A DNA stretch of 46,718 nucleotides. Origin: Candidatus Woesearchaeota archaeon (lineage in GTDB: Archaea; Nanobdellota; Nanobdellia; Woesearchaeales; UBA10216). Below, piece by piece: positions 31,874-39,760 of this stretch (positions are counted from its first letter, which is position 1; every line of letters begins with the position of its first letter). The DNA is taken from assembly GCA_018303115.1 (NCBI GenBank), contig JAGVYT010000043.1, positions 1 to 46,718 of the forward strand, in the 5' to 3' direction. The notes under the pieces were generated by a model. It did not search any database and had not been told where the DNA came from. It was given only the letters and a program-made list of their open reading frames with translations. Both the position numbers and the translations under genes were made by a program.

Positions 31874-33742
31874 ATGCTTCAGTCAGAACGCATGAGAAAA
31901 GTAGTAATCACAGTCCCAAAGAGTTTTCTCGACAAAACCATAAACGAGCTTTACAAGCTTAACGCAGTCCACATAATAAACCATTCCAAGAGCGATTTGG
32001 ATATAGGAAACCCCCTTGAAAGCGCCTCCAAAATCTCAGAAGCCCTGATTGCTGCACGCTCCCTTATTTCAAACCTTGGCTTGGCAGGTAGCATGGAGCT
32101 AAACAACGGCTTTAAGGCAATAGGTGTAAAGAGCCTTTCACACCTAACCAAGTCACTAAAAACCCTCCAGAATGAAACAAATTTAAAACTTGAAAAAGCA
32201 AAGCAGATTTCTGATGAAATAAGCTCTATTGAAACCAAAAAAAACATACTCTTCCAACTGGAAAAACTTGGCATTTCAGTCGAGTCATACAGCAATTATT
32301 CCTCCATTACAGTTCTTGCCGGTTATGTGAAAAATCCCGACCTGATGAAAACAGGCCTTCTAAAGGAAACGGACGAATTCGAAATGCACTCTTCAAGCGG
32401 AAGCGGTTTTATTGCTTTGTTCGTGTCCAACTCCTTTAAAGACAAAGCCATTGAGGTTCTTGCAAAACACGAATTTTCAGAATTTGACTTGACACCGGTA
32501 AAAGATATTAAAGGCAAGCCATCAGAAGCCATTTCCGCTTTATTGGCGGAGCATGAGCTGCTGCAGAAATCAAAACTCGCTATACAAAAACAGCTCGCCC
32601 GCATTGGGGCGAAATGGCACGACTTTTTGCTGCTTTCTGAAAAGTTTCTTTCAATAGAACTTGAGAAAGCAGAAGCGCCATTAAGGTTTGCTTCTTCAGA
32701 AAACATTTTTGTTGTTACCGGCTGGGTGCCTGCAAAAAATCTTGTAAAACTTGTCGAAAAGGCCAAGAAAACAACCAAAGGAAACATCGAGATAGAAATA
32801 AAGCAGCCTGCCCATGATGAAGAGGTTCCTGTAAAGCTCTCAAATACAAAGCTGGCAAAACCGTTTGAGTTTCTCATGAATCTTTACGCGCTCCCAAAAT
32901 ACGCTGAAATAGACCCGACACTTTTCCTTTTCATAACCTTCCCCCTCTTCTTTGGAATCATCCTTGGGGATGTCGGGTATGGAATAACTGTTGTTTTGCT
33001 GCTTTTGTATCTTTCCAGAAAATTCCCTTCAGCAAAACCCCTGGCAAGGATTATTATGCCGGCTGCCATCTCCTCAATATTTTTCGGCTTTATATTCGGC
33101 GAGGTTTTCGGCTTTGAGGAGCTTTTCGGCTACAGCATACCGCATCTTATAAGCAGAGTCCATCAGATACAGGAAATGCTGATTATTTCAATTGCCATAG
33201 GGCTGATTCATATCAACCTGGGTCTTTTAACAGGATTTATTAACGAGTTAAACCATGGTCTCAAGAAAGCCATACTTGCAAAAGGAAGCTGGTGGATATT
33301 GCAGCTTAGTATTGGGATAATGGCCGCGTCATCAGAAGGATTGCTGCCTGTTCCAATGTATGCTGGTGGAATTCTGGCAGTTGTCTCGGTGATAATGATT
33401 TACCTTGGCGAGTCTGTGTCTGGACTGACTGAACTGCCGGGATTTTTCAGCAACATACTCTCCTATTCCCGTCTAATGGCCGTAGGACTTGCCTCGGTAG
33501 GCCTTGCCGTAGTTGTGAACGGATTTGTGGAAGAATTCGCAAGTGCAGGCGGAATTATGATTTTTGTAGCCGTAATTGTCGGCGTTATTGGCCACACCCT
33601 TAACATTGCGCTCGGCTTACTTGGAGGTTTCCTCCAGTCCCTCAGGCTTCATTATGTGGAATTTTTCACAAAATTCTTTAAAGGGGGGGCAATTCCCTTC
33701 AAACCGTTCGGTAAAATAACCAAGGAGGCAGCGGAAACGTGA
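31874..33742 (+). CDS. atpI: A-type ATP synthase subunit I (a-subunit)
   Basis: Soluble N-terminal half plus a C-terminal multi-TM domain with LSYSRLMAVGLAS (conserved Arg). The track start (TTG 31862) is trimmed to ATG 31874. Confidence 0.92.
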   Translation: MLQSERMRKVVITVPKSFLDKTINELYKLNAVHIINHSKSDLDIGNPLESASKISEALIAARSLISNLGLAGSMELNNGFKAIGVKSLSHLTKSLKTLQNETNLKLEKAKQISDEISSIETKKNILFQLEKLGISVESYSNYSSITVLAGYVKNPDLMKTGLLKETDEFEMHSSSGSGFIALFVSNSFKDKAIEVLAKHEFSEFDLTPVKDIKGKPSEAISALLAEHELLQKSKLAIQKQLARIGAKWHDFLLLSEKFLSIELEKAEAPLRFASSENIFVVTGWVPAKNLVKLVEKAKKTTKGNIEIEIKQPAHDEEVPVKLSNTKLAKPFEFLMNLYALPKYAEIDPTLFLFITFPLFFGIILGDVGYGITVVLLLLYLSRKFPSAKPLARIIMPAAISSIFFGFIFGEVFGFEELFGYSIPHLISRVHQIQEMLIISIAIGLIHINLGLLTGFINELNHGLKKAILAKGSWWILQLSIGIMAASSEGLLPVPMYAGGILAVVSVIMIYLGESVSGLTELPGFFSNILSYSRLMAVGLASVGLAVVVNGFVEEFASAGGIMIFVAVIVGVIGHTLNIALGLLGGFLQSLRLHYVEFFTKFFKGGAIPFKPFGKITKEAAET

Positions 33743-33781
33743 GTTTTCCGGCCTCACAAAAAAATTCGGAGGTAACATAAA

Positions 33782-34003
33782 ATGGCAGAAGCAGGATTGG
33801 TTGCTATAGGAGCAGGGCTTGCAATAGGCTTAACAGCTATAGGGGCAGGGCTTGCTGAAAAGGAAATAGGAGCAGCGGCTGTGGGAGCGATGGCTGAAAA
33901 GGGCGAGACGTTCGGAAAAGGGCTTATTTTAACAGTAATCCCGGAAACGCTGGTAATATTCGGCTTTGTCATGGCTTTCCTGATATTGGCGCTGGCTGAA
34001 TAA
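33782..34003 (+). CDS. atpK: A-type ATP synthase subunit K (c-ring proteolipid, single hairpin)
   Basis: Gly-rich TM1 GLVAIGAGLAIGLTAIGAG. TM2 carries the carboxylate (VIPETLVIFGFV). GGAGGT SD lies 9 nt upstream. Confidence 0.9.
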   Translation: MAEAGLVAIGAGLAIGLTAIGAGLAEKEIGAAAVGAMAEKGETFGKGLILTVIPETLVIFGFVMAFLILALAE

Positions 34004-34008
34004 AGAGA

Positions 34009-34563
34009 ATGGGACTCGAAAAGGTTAAGGAAAAGGTGCTTGAAGAGGCAAGACAGAAAGCCAAGTCCAGAGTTGACTATGCCAACGCAGAGGCAAATGG
34101 CATAGCCAAGTCCTTTTCAGTGCAGGCTAAAGAAAAAGAGGCTGTTTTTAAGAAGCAACTCGAATCCGAAGTGGGGCTTATCAATAAACGCGAAGCCGCT
34201 TCTGCGAGACTTGAGTCAAAAAAGCTATACCTCTCCTTCAGGAAAGAATTTATTGACGAAAGCTTCTCACTTGTGCATGAAAAGCTCTCAAAACTTCCTG
34301 ATTCTGCACGGGCGGCGCACATAAAAAAGCTTCTTGAGAAAGCCGGGTCGGAGATAGACGTATCTGTTGTGCAATGCAATAAAAAAGACTGCAAATTCGT
34401 AAGCAATTTCAAAGTAATAGAGGCTGACATCCTAGGGGGCATTATAGCAGAGTCAGCCGACGGAACATTAAGGGTTGATTACAGCTATGAAACCCTGCTT
34501 GCGCAACTGAAAGACTCGCTTTTACCAGAGCTAAATGAAACGCTATTCAGCAAGAAAAAATGA
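34009..34563 (+). CDS. atpE: A-type ATP synthase subunit E
   Basis: Long N-terminal helix plus a globular C-terminus; operon position. Confidence 0.85.
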   Translation: MGLEKVKEKVLEEARQKAKSRVDYANAEANGIAKSFSVQAKEKEAVFKKQLESEVGLINKREAASARLESKKLYLSFRKEFIDESFSLVHEKLSKLPDSARAAHIKKLLEKAGSEIDVSVVQCNKKDCKFVSNFKVIEADILGGIIAESADGTLRVDYSYETLLAQLKDSLLPELNETLFSKKK

Positions 34564-35594
34564 AACAATTAACTTTAGGCAAATACCCGTATACGTATGC
34601 AAGAGTCAGCGTTATGCGCTCTTTCCTTCTTGCCAAAGACGACTATCATAAGCTTCTGAAGATGAGCCTCAACGAGATAATAAGCTTTCTCCAGAACTCA
34701 GACTACAAAAGGGCTATAGACGAGTTTGGTGTAAAATATTCAGGCGTTGAGCTTATGGAAATGGCGCTTAACAAACACCTGGTAAACACGTGGAACAAAT
34801 TAAAGAGCATATCCACGAAAGAACTCGGCATTTTAATTGACAAATACCTTGAGAGAGCAGACCTGTGGAACATAAAAACAGTGCTCAGAGGGCTTCATAC
34901 AGGCACAAGCCAGGAAGTTGTCGCTTCAATGCTTATTCCTGCAGGTCAGCTATCCTCGCAGAAACTTGAAGCCCTTATCAAATCAGACTCCATAGAGGAT
35001 TTCCTTAAAAAACTCGGTGTCATCAGGATAAAATTTGAATCTCTGGGCAGCGCTTTTGAAGCCTTCAAATCAAAAAACACAATTGTTGGCATCGAGAACT
35101 TTTTTGACCGCGAATACTACAACAGACTGTCCAAATTCTCAAAATCCATTCCTTCAGAAGGCAAACTTTTTAAACAATTCCTCGAAGCTGAAATTGAAAA
35201 CGTCAACATAATCAATATCCTGCGCCTGAAACGCGCTGGAATGGACAAACGCGAGGCACAAGCCTATATCATAGGGAAGCCGTCGGCTCTTGTTAAAAAA
35301 ATAATAGCTGCTGAAAATAAGGAAGAAACGGCAAAGCTTCTCTCACAGAAAGTGTCAGAGCAGGCGCTGAGAAATTTCACAAACAATAACAGCATTGTTG
35401 GTGTTGAAATTGATTTTGGGAAGAATTTATTGAACAAAACAAGGCTGCTGCTTCATCAGCATCCACTGACTGTTGACGTCATACTCGGTTACATGTTTGC
35501 AAAGGAAATAGAAGTGAAAAACCTCAAAATGCTTTTGAAGTCAAGGCAGCTAAGCCTTAGCGACGAATTTATAGAACAACAAATACTGATTTAA
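34560..35594 (+). CDS. atpC: A-type ATP synthase subunit C
   Basis: YPYTYARVSVMRSFLL N-terminus typical of subunit C (d-like); operon position; ATGA overlap. Confidence 0.88.
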   Translation: MKQLTLGKYPYTYARVSVMRSFLLAKDDYHKLLKMSLNEIISFLQNSDYKRAIDEFGVKYSGVELMEMALNKHLVNTWNKLKSISTKELGILIDKYLERADLWNIKTVLRGLHTGTSQEVVASMLIPAGQLSSQKLEALIKSDSIEDFLKKLGVIRIKFESLGSAFEAFKSKNTIVGIENFFDREYYNRLSKFSKSIPSEGKLFKQFLEAEIENVNIINILRLKRAGMDKREAQAYIIGKPSALVKKIIAAENKEETAKLLSQKVSEQALRNFTNNNSIVGVEIDFGKNLLNKTRLLLHQHPLTVDVILGYMFAKEIEVKNLKMLLKSRQLSLSDEFIEQQILI

Positions 35595-35599
35595 ACAAG

Positions 35600-35887
35600 A
35601 TGGAAATCGCTGTTATAGGCAGGGAAGACTTTTGCCTTGGATTCAGACTGGCGGGCATAAAGAAAATAATTGAAACAGAAAAACCACAGGAAGCAATTTC
35701 AGCAGTAAAGCAGGATGCGTCAGTCGGAGTGGTTGTTTTCGATGAAAACCTGCTTGAAAGATTGGATGCTGATGAAAAAGAGGCATTAGAAGACTCGTTA
35801 AAGCCAATATACATAACATTGTCAACCAGAGCGTCAGAGGATACACTTAAAAAGATGATTAGAAAATCCATAGGTGTTGAGCTATGA
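35600..35887 (+). CDS. atpF: A-type ATP synthase subunit F
   Basis: MEIAVIGREDFCLGFRLAGI, the typical subunit F start. Confidence 0.88.
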   Translation: MEIAVIGREDFCLGFRLAGIKKIIETEKPQEAISAVKQDASVGVVVFDENLLERLDADEKEALEDSLKPIYITLSTRASEDTLKKMIRKSIGVEL

Positions 35888-37614
35888 AAACAGGAAAGAT
35901 TTACAGGATTGCAGGGCCGGTTGCTGTTGCAGAACTGGATGCGAGGATGTTTGACATAGCCCTTGTAGGCGATGAAAAGCTTCTTGGGGAAGTCATTCAG
36001 ATTAACGGCAACAGGTGCACTATTCAGATTTACGAAGACACCACAGGCCTAAAGCCCGGAATTCCGGTCGTCAATACAGAAGAGCCGCTTAACATTGAAC
36101 TAGGGCCAGGCTTACTAACTTCCATTTACGACGGAATTCAAAGGCCCCTGCCCCGTCTTAAAGAGCAGATGGGAGACTTCGTCAGGAGAGGAGCGACCGC
36201 TACCGGCATTGAGCGCAGGAAGGAATGGGAATTTAAAGCAACAGCAAAAAAAGGGGACGACATAACAGGCGGTTCTGTCATAGGAGAGGTTATGGAAGGG
36301 CAGATGCTCCATAAAATAATGGCCCCTCCGAATACAAAAGGAAAAATAACTGAAATAAGCTCAGGCTCTTTTACTGTCGATGAAGTCGTTTGCAAACTTG
36401 ACTCCGGGGATAAGATAAAACTGATGCATAAATGGCCTGTCAGAAAGCCAAGACCAACCTCCAAGAAGCTAATTCCAAACATCCCCCTTATTACCGGCCA
36501 GAGAATATTTGATGCCCTGTTCCCCCTTGCAAAAGGAGGAGTAGCAGCAATACCAGGAGGCTTCGGAACCGGCAAAACTGTAGCGCAACAGACGCTTGCA
36601 AAATGGAGCGATGCTGAAGTGATAGTCTACGTAGGCTGCGGGGAGCGCGGCAATGAGATGACTGAAGTCCTTACCGAATTCCCAAAGCTGACAGACCCGC
36701 GCTCAGGAAAGCCCCTGCTTAACAGGACTATTCTCATCGCAAACACATCCAACATGCCAGTGGCTGCTCGTGAGGCCTCAATCTACTGCGGCATGACCAT
36801 GGCAGAGTATTACCGCGACATGGGCTATAATGTGGCTGTGATGGCAGATTCCACCTCCAGATGGGCAGAGGCAATGCGGGAAATCTCTTCGCGCCTGGAA
36901 GAGCTTCCAGGGGAGGAGGGCTACCCGGCATACCTTTCAACAAGGCTCGCAGACTTTTACGAAAGAGCAGGCCGCTACAAAAACCTTAACAATACAGAGG
37001 GCTCCATTTCAGTTATCGGGGCGGTATCCCCTGCAGGGGGGGACTTCTCAGAACCCGTAACACAAGGCACGCTGAGAGTTGTCAAGTGCTTCTGGGCTCT
37101 TGACTCAAAACTTGCCCAAAGAAGGCACTTCCCTGCAATTAACTGGCTTACCTCTTATTCGCTTTACTTAAGCTCTCTTGAGCAGTGGTTCTCTGAGAAC
37201 GTAGCAGAAGACTGGAGAAGCGCTGTTGATAAAATTATGTCTATCCTGCAGGAGGAAGAAAAGCTTCTGGAAATAGTGCAGCTAGTCGGCTCTGACGCAT
37301 TGCCCGAGAGAGAGCAGGTAACCCTTCAAATTGCCAAACTCGCAAGGGAAATGTTCCTTCAGCAGAACGCCTTCCATGCAGTTGACACTTACTCAGAGCC
37401 GAAGAAAACCTATTCGTTTATGAAAACAATCCTGAAATACGGCGATTTGGCTTACAACGCGTTAGGCAGGGGCTCAAAAGTATCTGAGATAATATCAATA
37501 AAGTCAAAAGAAAAACTTTCAGATGTAAAATTTGAAAAGGACTATGAGAAGCTTCTTAATTCTATTGTTAAGGAAATGGAGTCTGAATTCAGCAGGCTGA
37601 AGGTGCAAAAATGA
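35884..37614 (+). CDS. atpA: A-type ATP synthase catalytic subunit A
   Basis: Walker A GGFGTGKT, the non-homologous region typical of A subunits, and MADSTSRWAEAMREIS. No intein. Confidence 0.96.
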   Translation: MKTGKIYRIAGPVAVAELDARMFDIALVGDEKLLGEVIQINGNRCTIQIYEDTTGLKPGIPVVNTEEPLNIELGPGLLTSIYDGIQRPLPRLKEQMGDFVRRGATATGIERRKEWEFKATAKKGDDITGGSVIGEVMEGQMLHKIMAPPNTKGKITEISSGSFTVDEVVCKLDSGDKIKLMHKWPVRKPRPTSKKLIPNIPLITGQRIFDALFPLAKGGVAAIPGGFGTGKTVAQQTLAKWSDAEVIVYVGCGERGNEMTEVLTEFPKLTDPRSGKPLLNRTILIANTSNMPVAAREASIYCGMTMAEYYRDMGYNVAVMADSTSRWAEAMREISSRLEELPGEEGYPAYLSTRLADFYERAGRYKNLNNTEGSISVIGAVSPAGGDFSEPVTQGTLRVVKCFWALDSKLAQRRHFPAINWLTSYSLYLSSLEQWFSENVAEDWRSAVDKIMSILQEEEKLLEIVQLVGSDALPEREQVTLQIAKLAREMFLQQNAFHAVDTYSEPKKTYSFMKTILKYGDLAYNALGRGSKVSEIISIKSKEKLSDVKFEKDYEKLLNSIVKEMESEFSRLKVQK

Positions 37615-37789
37615 AAGCATGCTCACTGGCGTTCGTAGCCAAACTCACTGCCGTTCGTAGCTTTCGTTCCGAAAGCAGACTCGCTGGCGTTCGTAGCTTT
37701 CGTTCCGAAAGTTTCATTTTTGGGTGTTCAAAATGAAAGCATGCTCACTGGCGTTCGTAGCTTTCATTTTGAGGTGTTCAAAATGAAAG
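37602..37789 (+). repeat. two tandem modules of the CGTTCGTAGC-core repeat element inserted at the atpA-stop/atpB-start junction
   Basis: The initiation-region motif GGTG(C/TTC)AAAATGAAAG occurs three times (37602-37617, 37723-37739, 37773-37789). Core copies lie at 37630-39, 37652-61, 37688-97 and 37752-61. GCTTTCG-TTC-CGAAAGC hairpins lie at 37660-37676 and 37696-37712. A perfect 11-bp stem joins AAAATGAAAGC (37730-40) and GCTTTCATTTT (37760-70). Micro-ORFs 37611-37736 and 37733-37786 are chained by ATGA overlaps. Confidence 0.8.
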
Positions 37790-39150
37790 AGTACAAAACC
37801 ATAAGCAGGGTTGCAGGGCCCCTTGTTTTTGTAAAGAAAACAGAGCCTGTTTCATATGCAGACATGGTAAAGGTGCTTCTCCCAAACGGGGAGGAAAAAA
37901 ACGCGCAGGTTCTGGACACTAGCGACGACCTTGTTGTAGTCCAGGTTTTCGAAGGCACTTCCGGAATAGACCTCAACACAAGGGTCAAGTTTCTCAACCA
38001 GCCGATGAGGCTCCATGTATCAGAGGAAATTCTTGGCAGAATCCTTTCAGGCTCCGGGAAGCCCATAGACGGCGGCCCTGAGATGGTTGCCGACAAGATA
38101 ATGGACATAGCCGGAGCAGCGATAAACCCCTACTCAAGAAGCAACCCCGAGGACTTCATACAAACAGGCATCTCAACCATAGATGCAATGAACACGTTAG
38201 TCAGAGGCCAAAAACTGCCTATTTTTTCAGCTTCCGGCCTTCCCCACAACGAAATCGCATTGCAAATTTCAAGGCAGGCAAAGGTAATCGGAAAGGAGAC
38301 AAACTTTGCGATTGTCTTCGCTGCCATGGGCATAACAAATGAAGAAGCCCAGCGCTTCATACAGGACTTTGAGCAAACAGGGGCTTTAGAGCGCTCTGCA
38401 GTTTTCCTCAACCTCGCAAGCGACCCTGCAGTTGAAAGGCTTCTGACCCCACAGCTGGCGTTAACTGCTGCAGAATACCTGGCATTTGAAAAAGACATGC
38501 ACGTTCTTGTTATCCTGACTGACATGACAAATTACTGCGAAAGCCTGCGGGAGATAGGAAGCGCCCGTGAAGAGATTCCTGGAAGAAGAGGGTATCCTGG
38601 ATACATGTACACCACGCTGGCAAACATATACGAGCGTGCAGGCATGATTAAAGGCAAAAAGGGCTCAATAACCCAGCTTCCAATACTGACAATGATTGGC
38701 GACGACATAACACACCCAATCCCGGATTTGACAGGCTACATTACAGAAGGCCAGATTGTTCTAAGCAGGGAGCTTCACCAGCGCAACATATACCCCCCAA
38801 TTGACGTTCTGCCTTCCCTTTCAAGGCTTATGAACCTAGGAATCGGCTCTGACAAAACCAGGGAAGACCACAAGCAAGTTTCTGACCAGCTCTACGCATT
38901 TTACGCTGAAGGGAGGGACTTGCGCGGCTTGGTTGCCATAGTCGGAGAAGAGTCCCTGTCCGAGCGTGACCGCAGGCTTCTGAAATTCGCTGCCGAGTTT
39001 GAAAGCAAATTTGTCAAGCAAGGCAAAAACGAGGACAGGGGCATCTCAGGCACCCTGGACACCGGGTGGAAACTGCTCTCTGAAATCCCTGAAAGCGAGC
39101 TTTCAAGGGTAAGCCCTGAAATGAGGCGCAAGTATTATGGCAAACGTTAA
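37783..39150 (+). CDS. atpB: A-type ATP synthase subunit B
   Basis: Track ORF 37720-39150 trimmed to ATG 37783 ([17 protein letters not shown], the canonical N-terminus). An in-frame ATG at 37741 inside the repeat is an alternative. Confidence 0.95.
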   Translation: MKEYKTISRVAGPLVFVKKTEPVSYADMVKVLLPNGEEKNAQVLDTSDDLVVVQVFEGTSGIDLNTRVKFLNQPMRLHVSEEILGRILSGSGKPIDGGPEMVADKIMDIAGAAINPYSRSNPEDFIQTGISTIDAMNTLVRGQKLPIFSASGLPHNEIALQISRQAKVIGKETNFAIVFAAMGITNEEAQRFIQDFEQTGALERSAVFLNLASDPAVERLLTPQLALTAAEYLAFEKDMHVLVILTDMTNYCESLREIGSAREEIPGRRGYPGYMYTTLANIYERAGMIKGKKGSITQLPILTMIGDDITHPIPDLTGYITEGQIVLSRELHQRNIYPPIDVLPSLSRLMNLGIGSDKTREDHKQVSDQLYAFYAEGRDLRGLVAIVGEESLSERDRRLLKFAAEFESKFVKQGKNEDRGISGTLDTGWKLLSEIPESELSRVSPEMRRKYYGKR

Positions 39151-39760
39151 GCCAACGCGCTCCGAACTGCTTCAAGTCAAGAAAAAAATAGCCATTGCCA
39201 GCTCAGGCTACAAGCTTCTAAAGAAAAAACGCGACGGCCTGATACTGGAGTTCTTCAGCGTTCTTAAAAAAGCCAGGAACATACGCCTGGAACTCACAGA
39301 AGAATACGCTTCTGCGCTTAGCAAGATAAACATTGCCCGGGCAATAGATTCTGACATCCAGATAAAGTCAGCGGCAATGTCAATAAAGCAGCAGCCTTTA
39401 GTTGAGCTGGACACTAAAAACATTATGGGCGTGAGAATCCCGTCCATTACTTCAACAGAGGTTAAGAAAAGCATTTTTGAGAGGGGCTATGGAATCCTGT
39501 CTGCAACCTCAAAGATTGACGAGGCGGCAGATTCTTATGAAGCAGTTGTTGAAAAGATAATTGTCGCTGCAGAGATTGAAGTAACTCTTAAACGGCTTCT
39601 AAAGGAAATTGAAAGAACAAAACGCAAGGTCAACGCCCTTGAGCAGCTAACAATCCCAAGACTTAAGGGAGATGCAGTCTACATACGCCTGCGCCTTGAA
39701 GAAATGGAACGCGAGAACTTTTCAAGGCTGAAAATGCTAAAAAAAGAAATAAATTACTGA
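39137..39760 (+). CDS. atpD: A-type ATP synthase subunit D
   Basis: [32 protein letters not shown], the typical subunit D start. Confidence 0.92.
   Translation: MANVKPTRSELLQVKKKIAIASSGYKLLKKKRDGLILEFFSVLKKARNIRLELTEEYASALSKINIARAIDSDIQIKSAAMSIKQQPLVELDTKNIMGVRIPSITSTEVKKSIFERGYGILSATSKIDEAADSYEAVVEKIIVAAEIEVTLKRLLKEIERTKRKVNALEQLTIPRLKGDAVYIRLRLEEMERENFSRLKMLKKEINY

Noticed and set aside
33754-33972. 72-aa minus-strand ORF
   Set aside because: It is antisense to atpK. The plus-strand product is a textbook c-subunit hairpin preceded by a GGAGGT SD.
37720-37782. 21-codon N-terminal extension of atpB in the track ORF (TTG start)
   Set aside because: The extension is the repeat element read in the atpB frame. 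Homologous B subunits begin at MKEYKTI...GPL, which matches ATG 37783.
7814-39760. Numerous 60-145-aa antisense or out-of-frame ORFs in the track inside r-protein, secY, pheST and atp genes (for example 8233-8640, 11228-11665, 16881-17276, 19679-20050, 32323-32877, 36138-36575, 38130-38525)
   Set aside because: All are fully embedded in strongly supported conserved genes on the other strand or frame. Their translations are low-complexity (Ser/Leu/Phe-rich), as expected for shadows of Lys/Glu-rich coding sequence.
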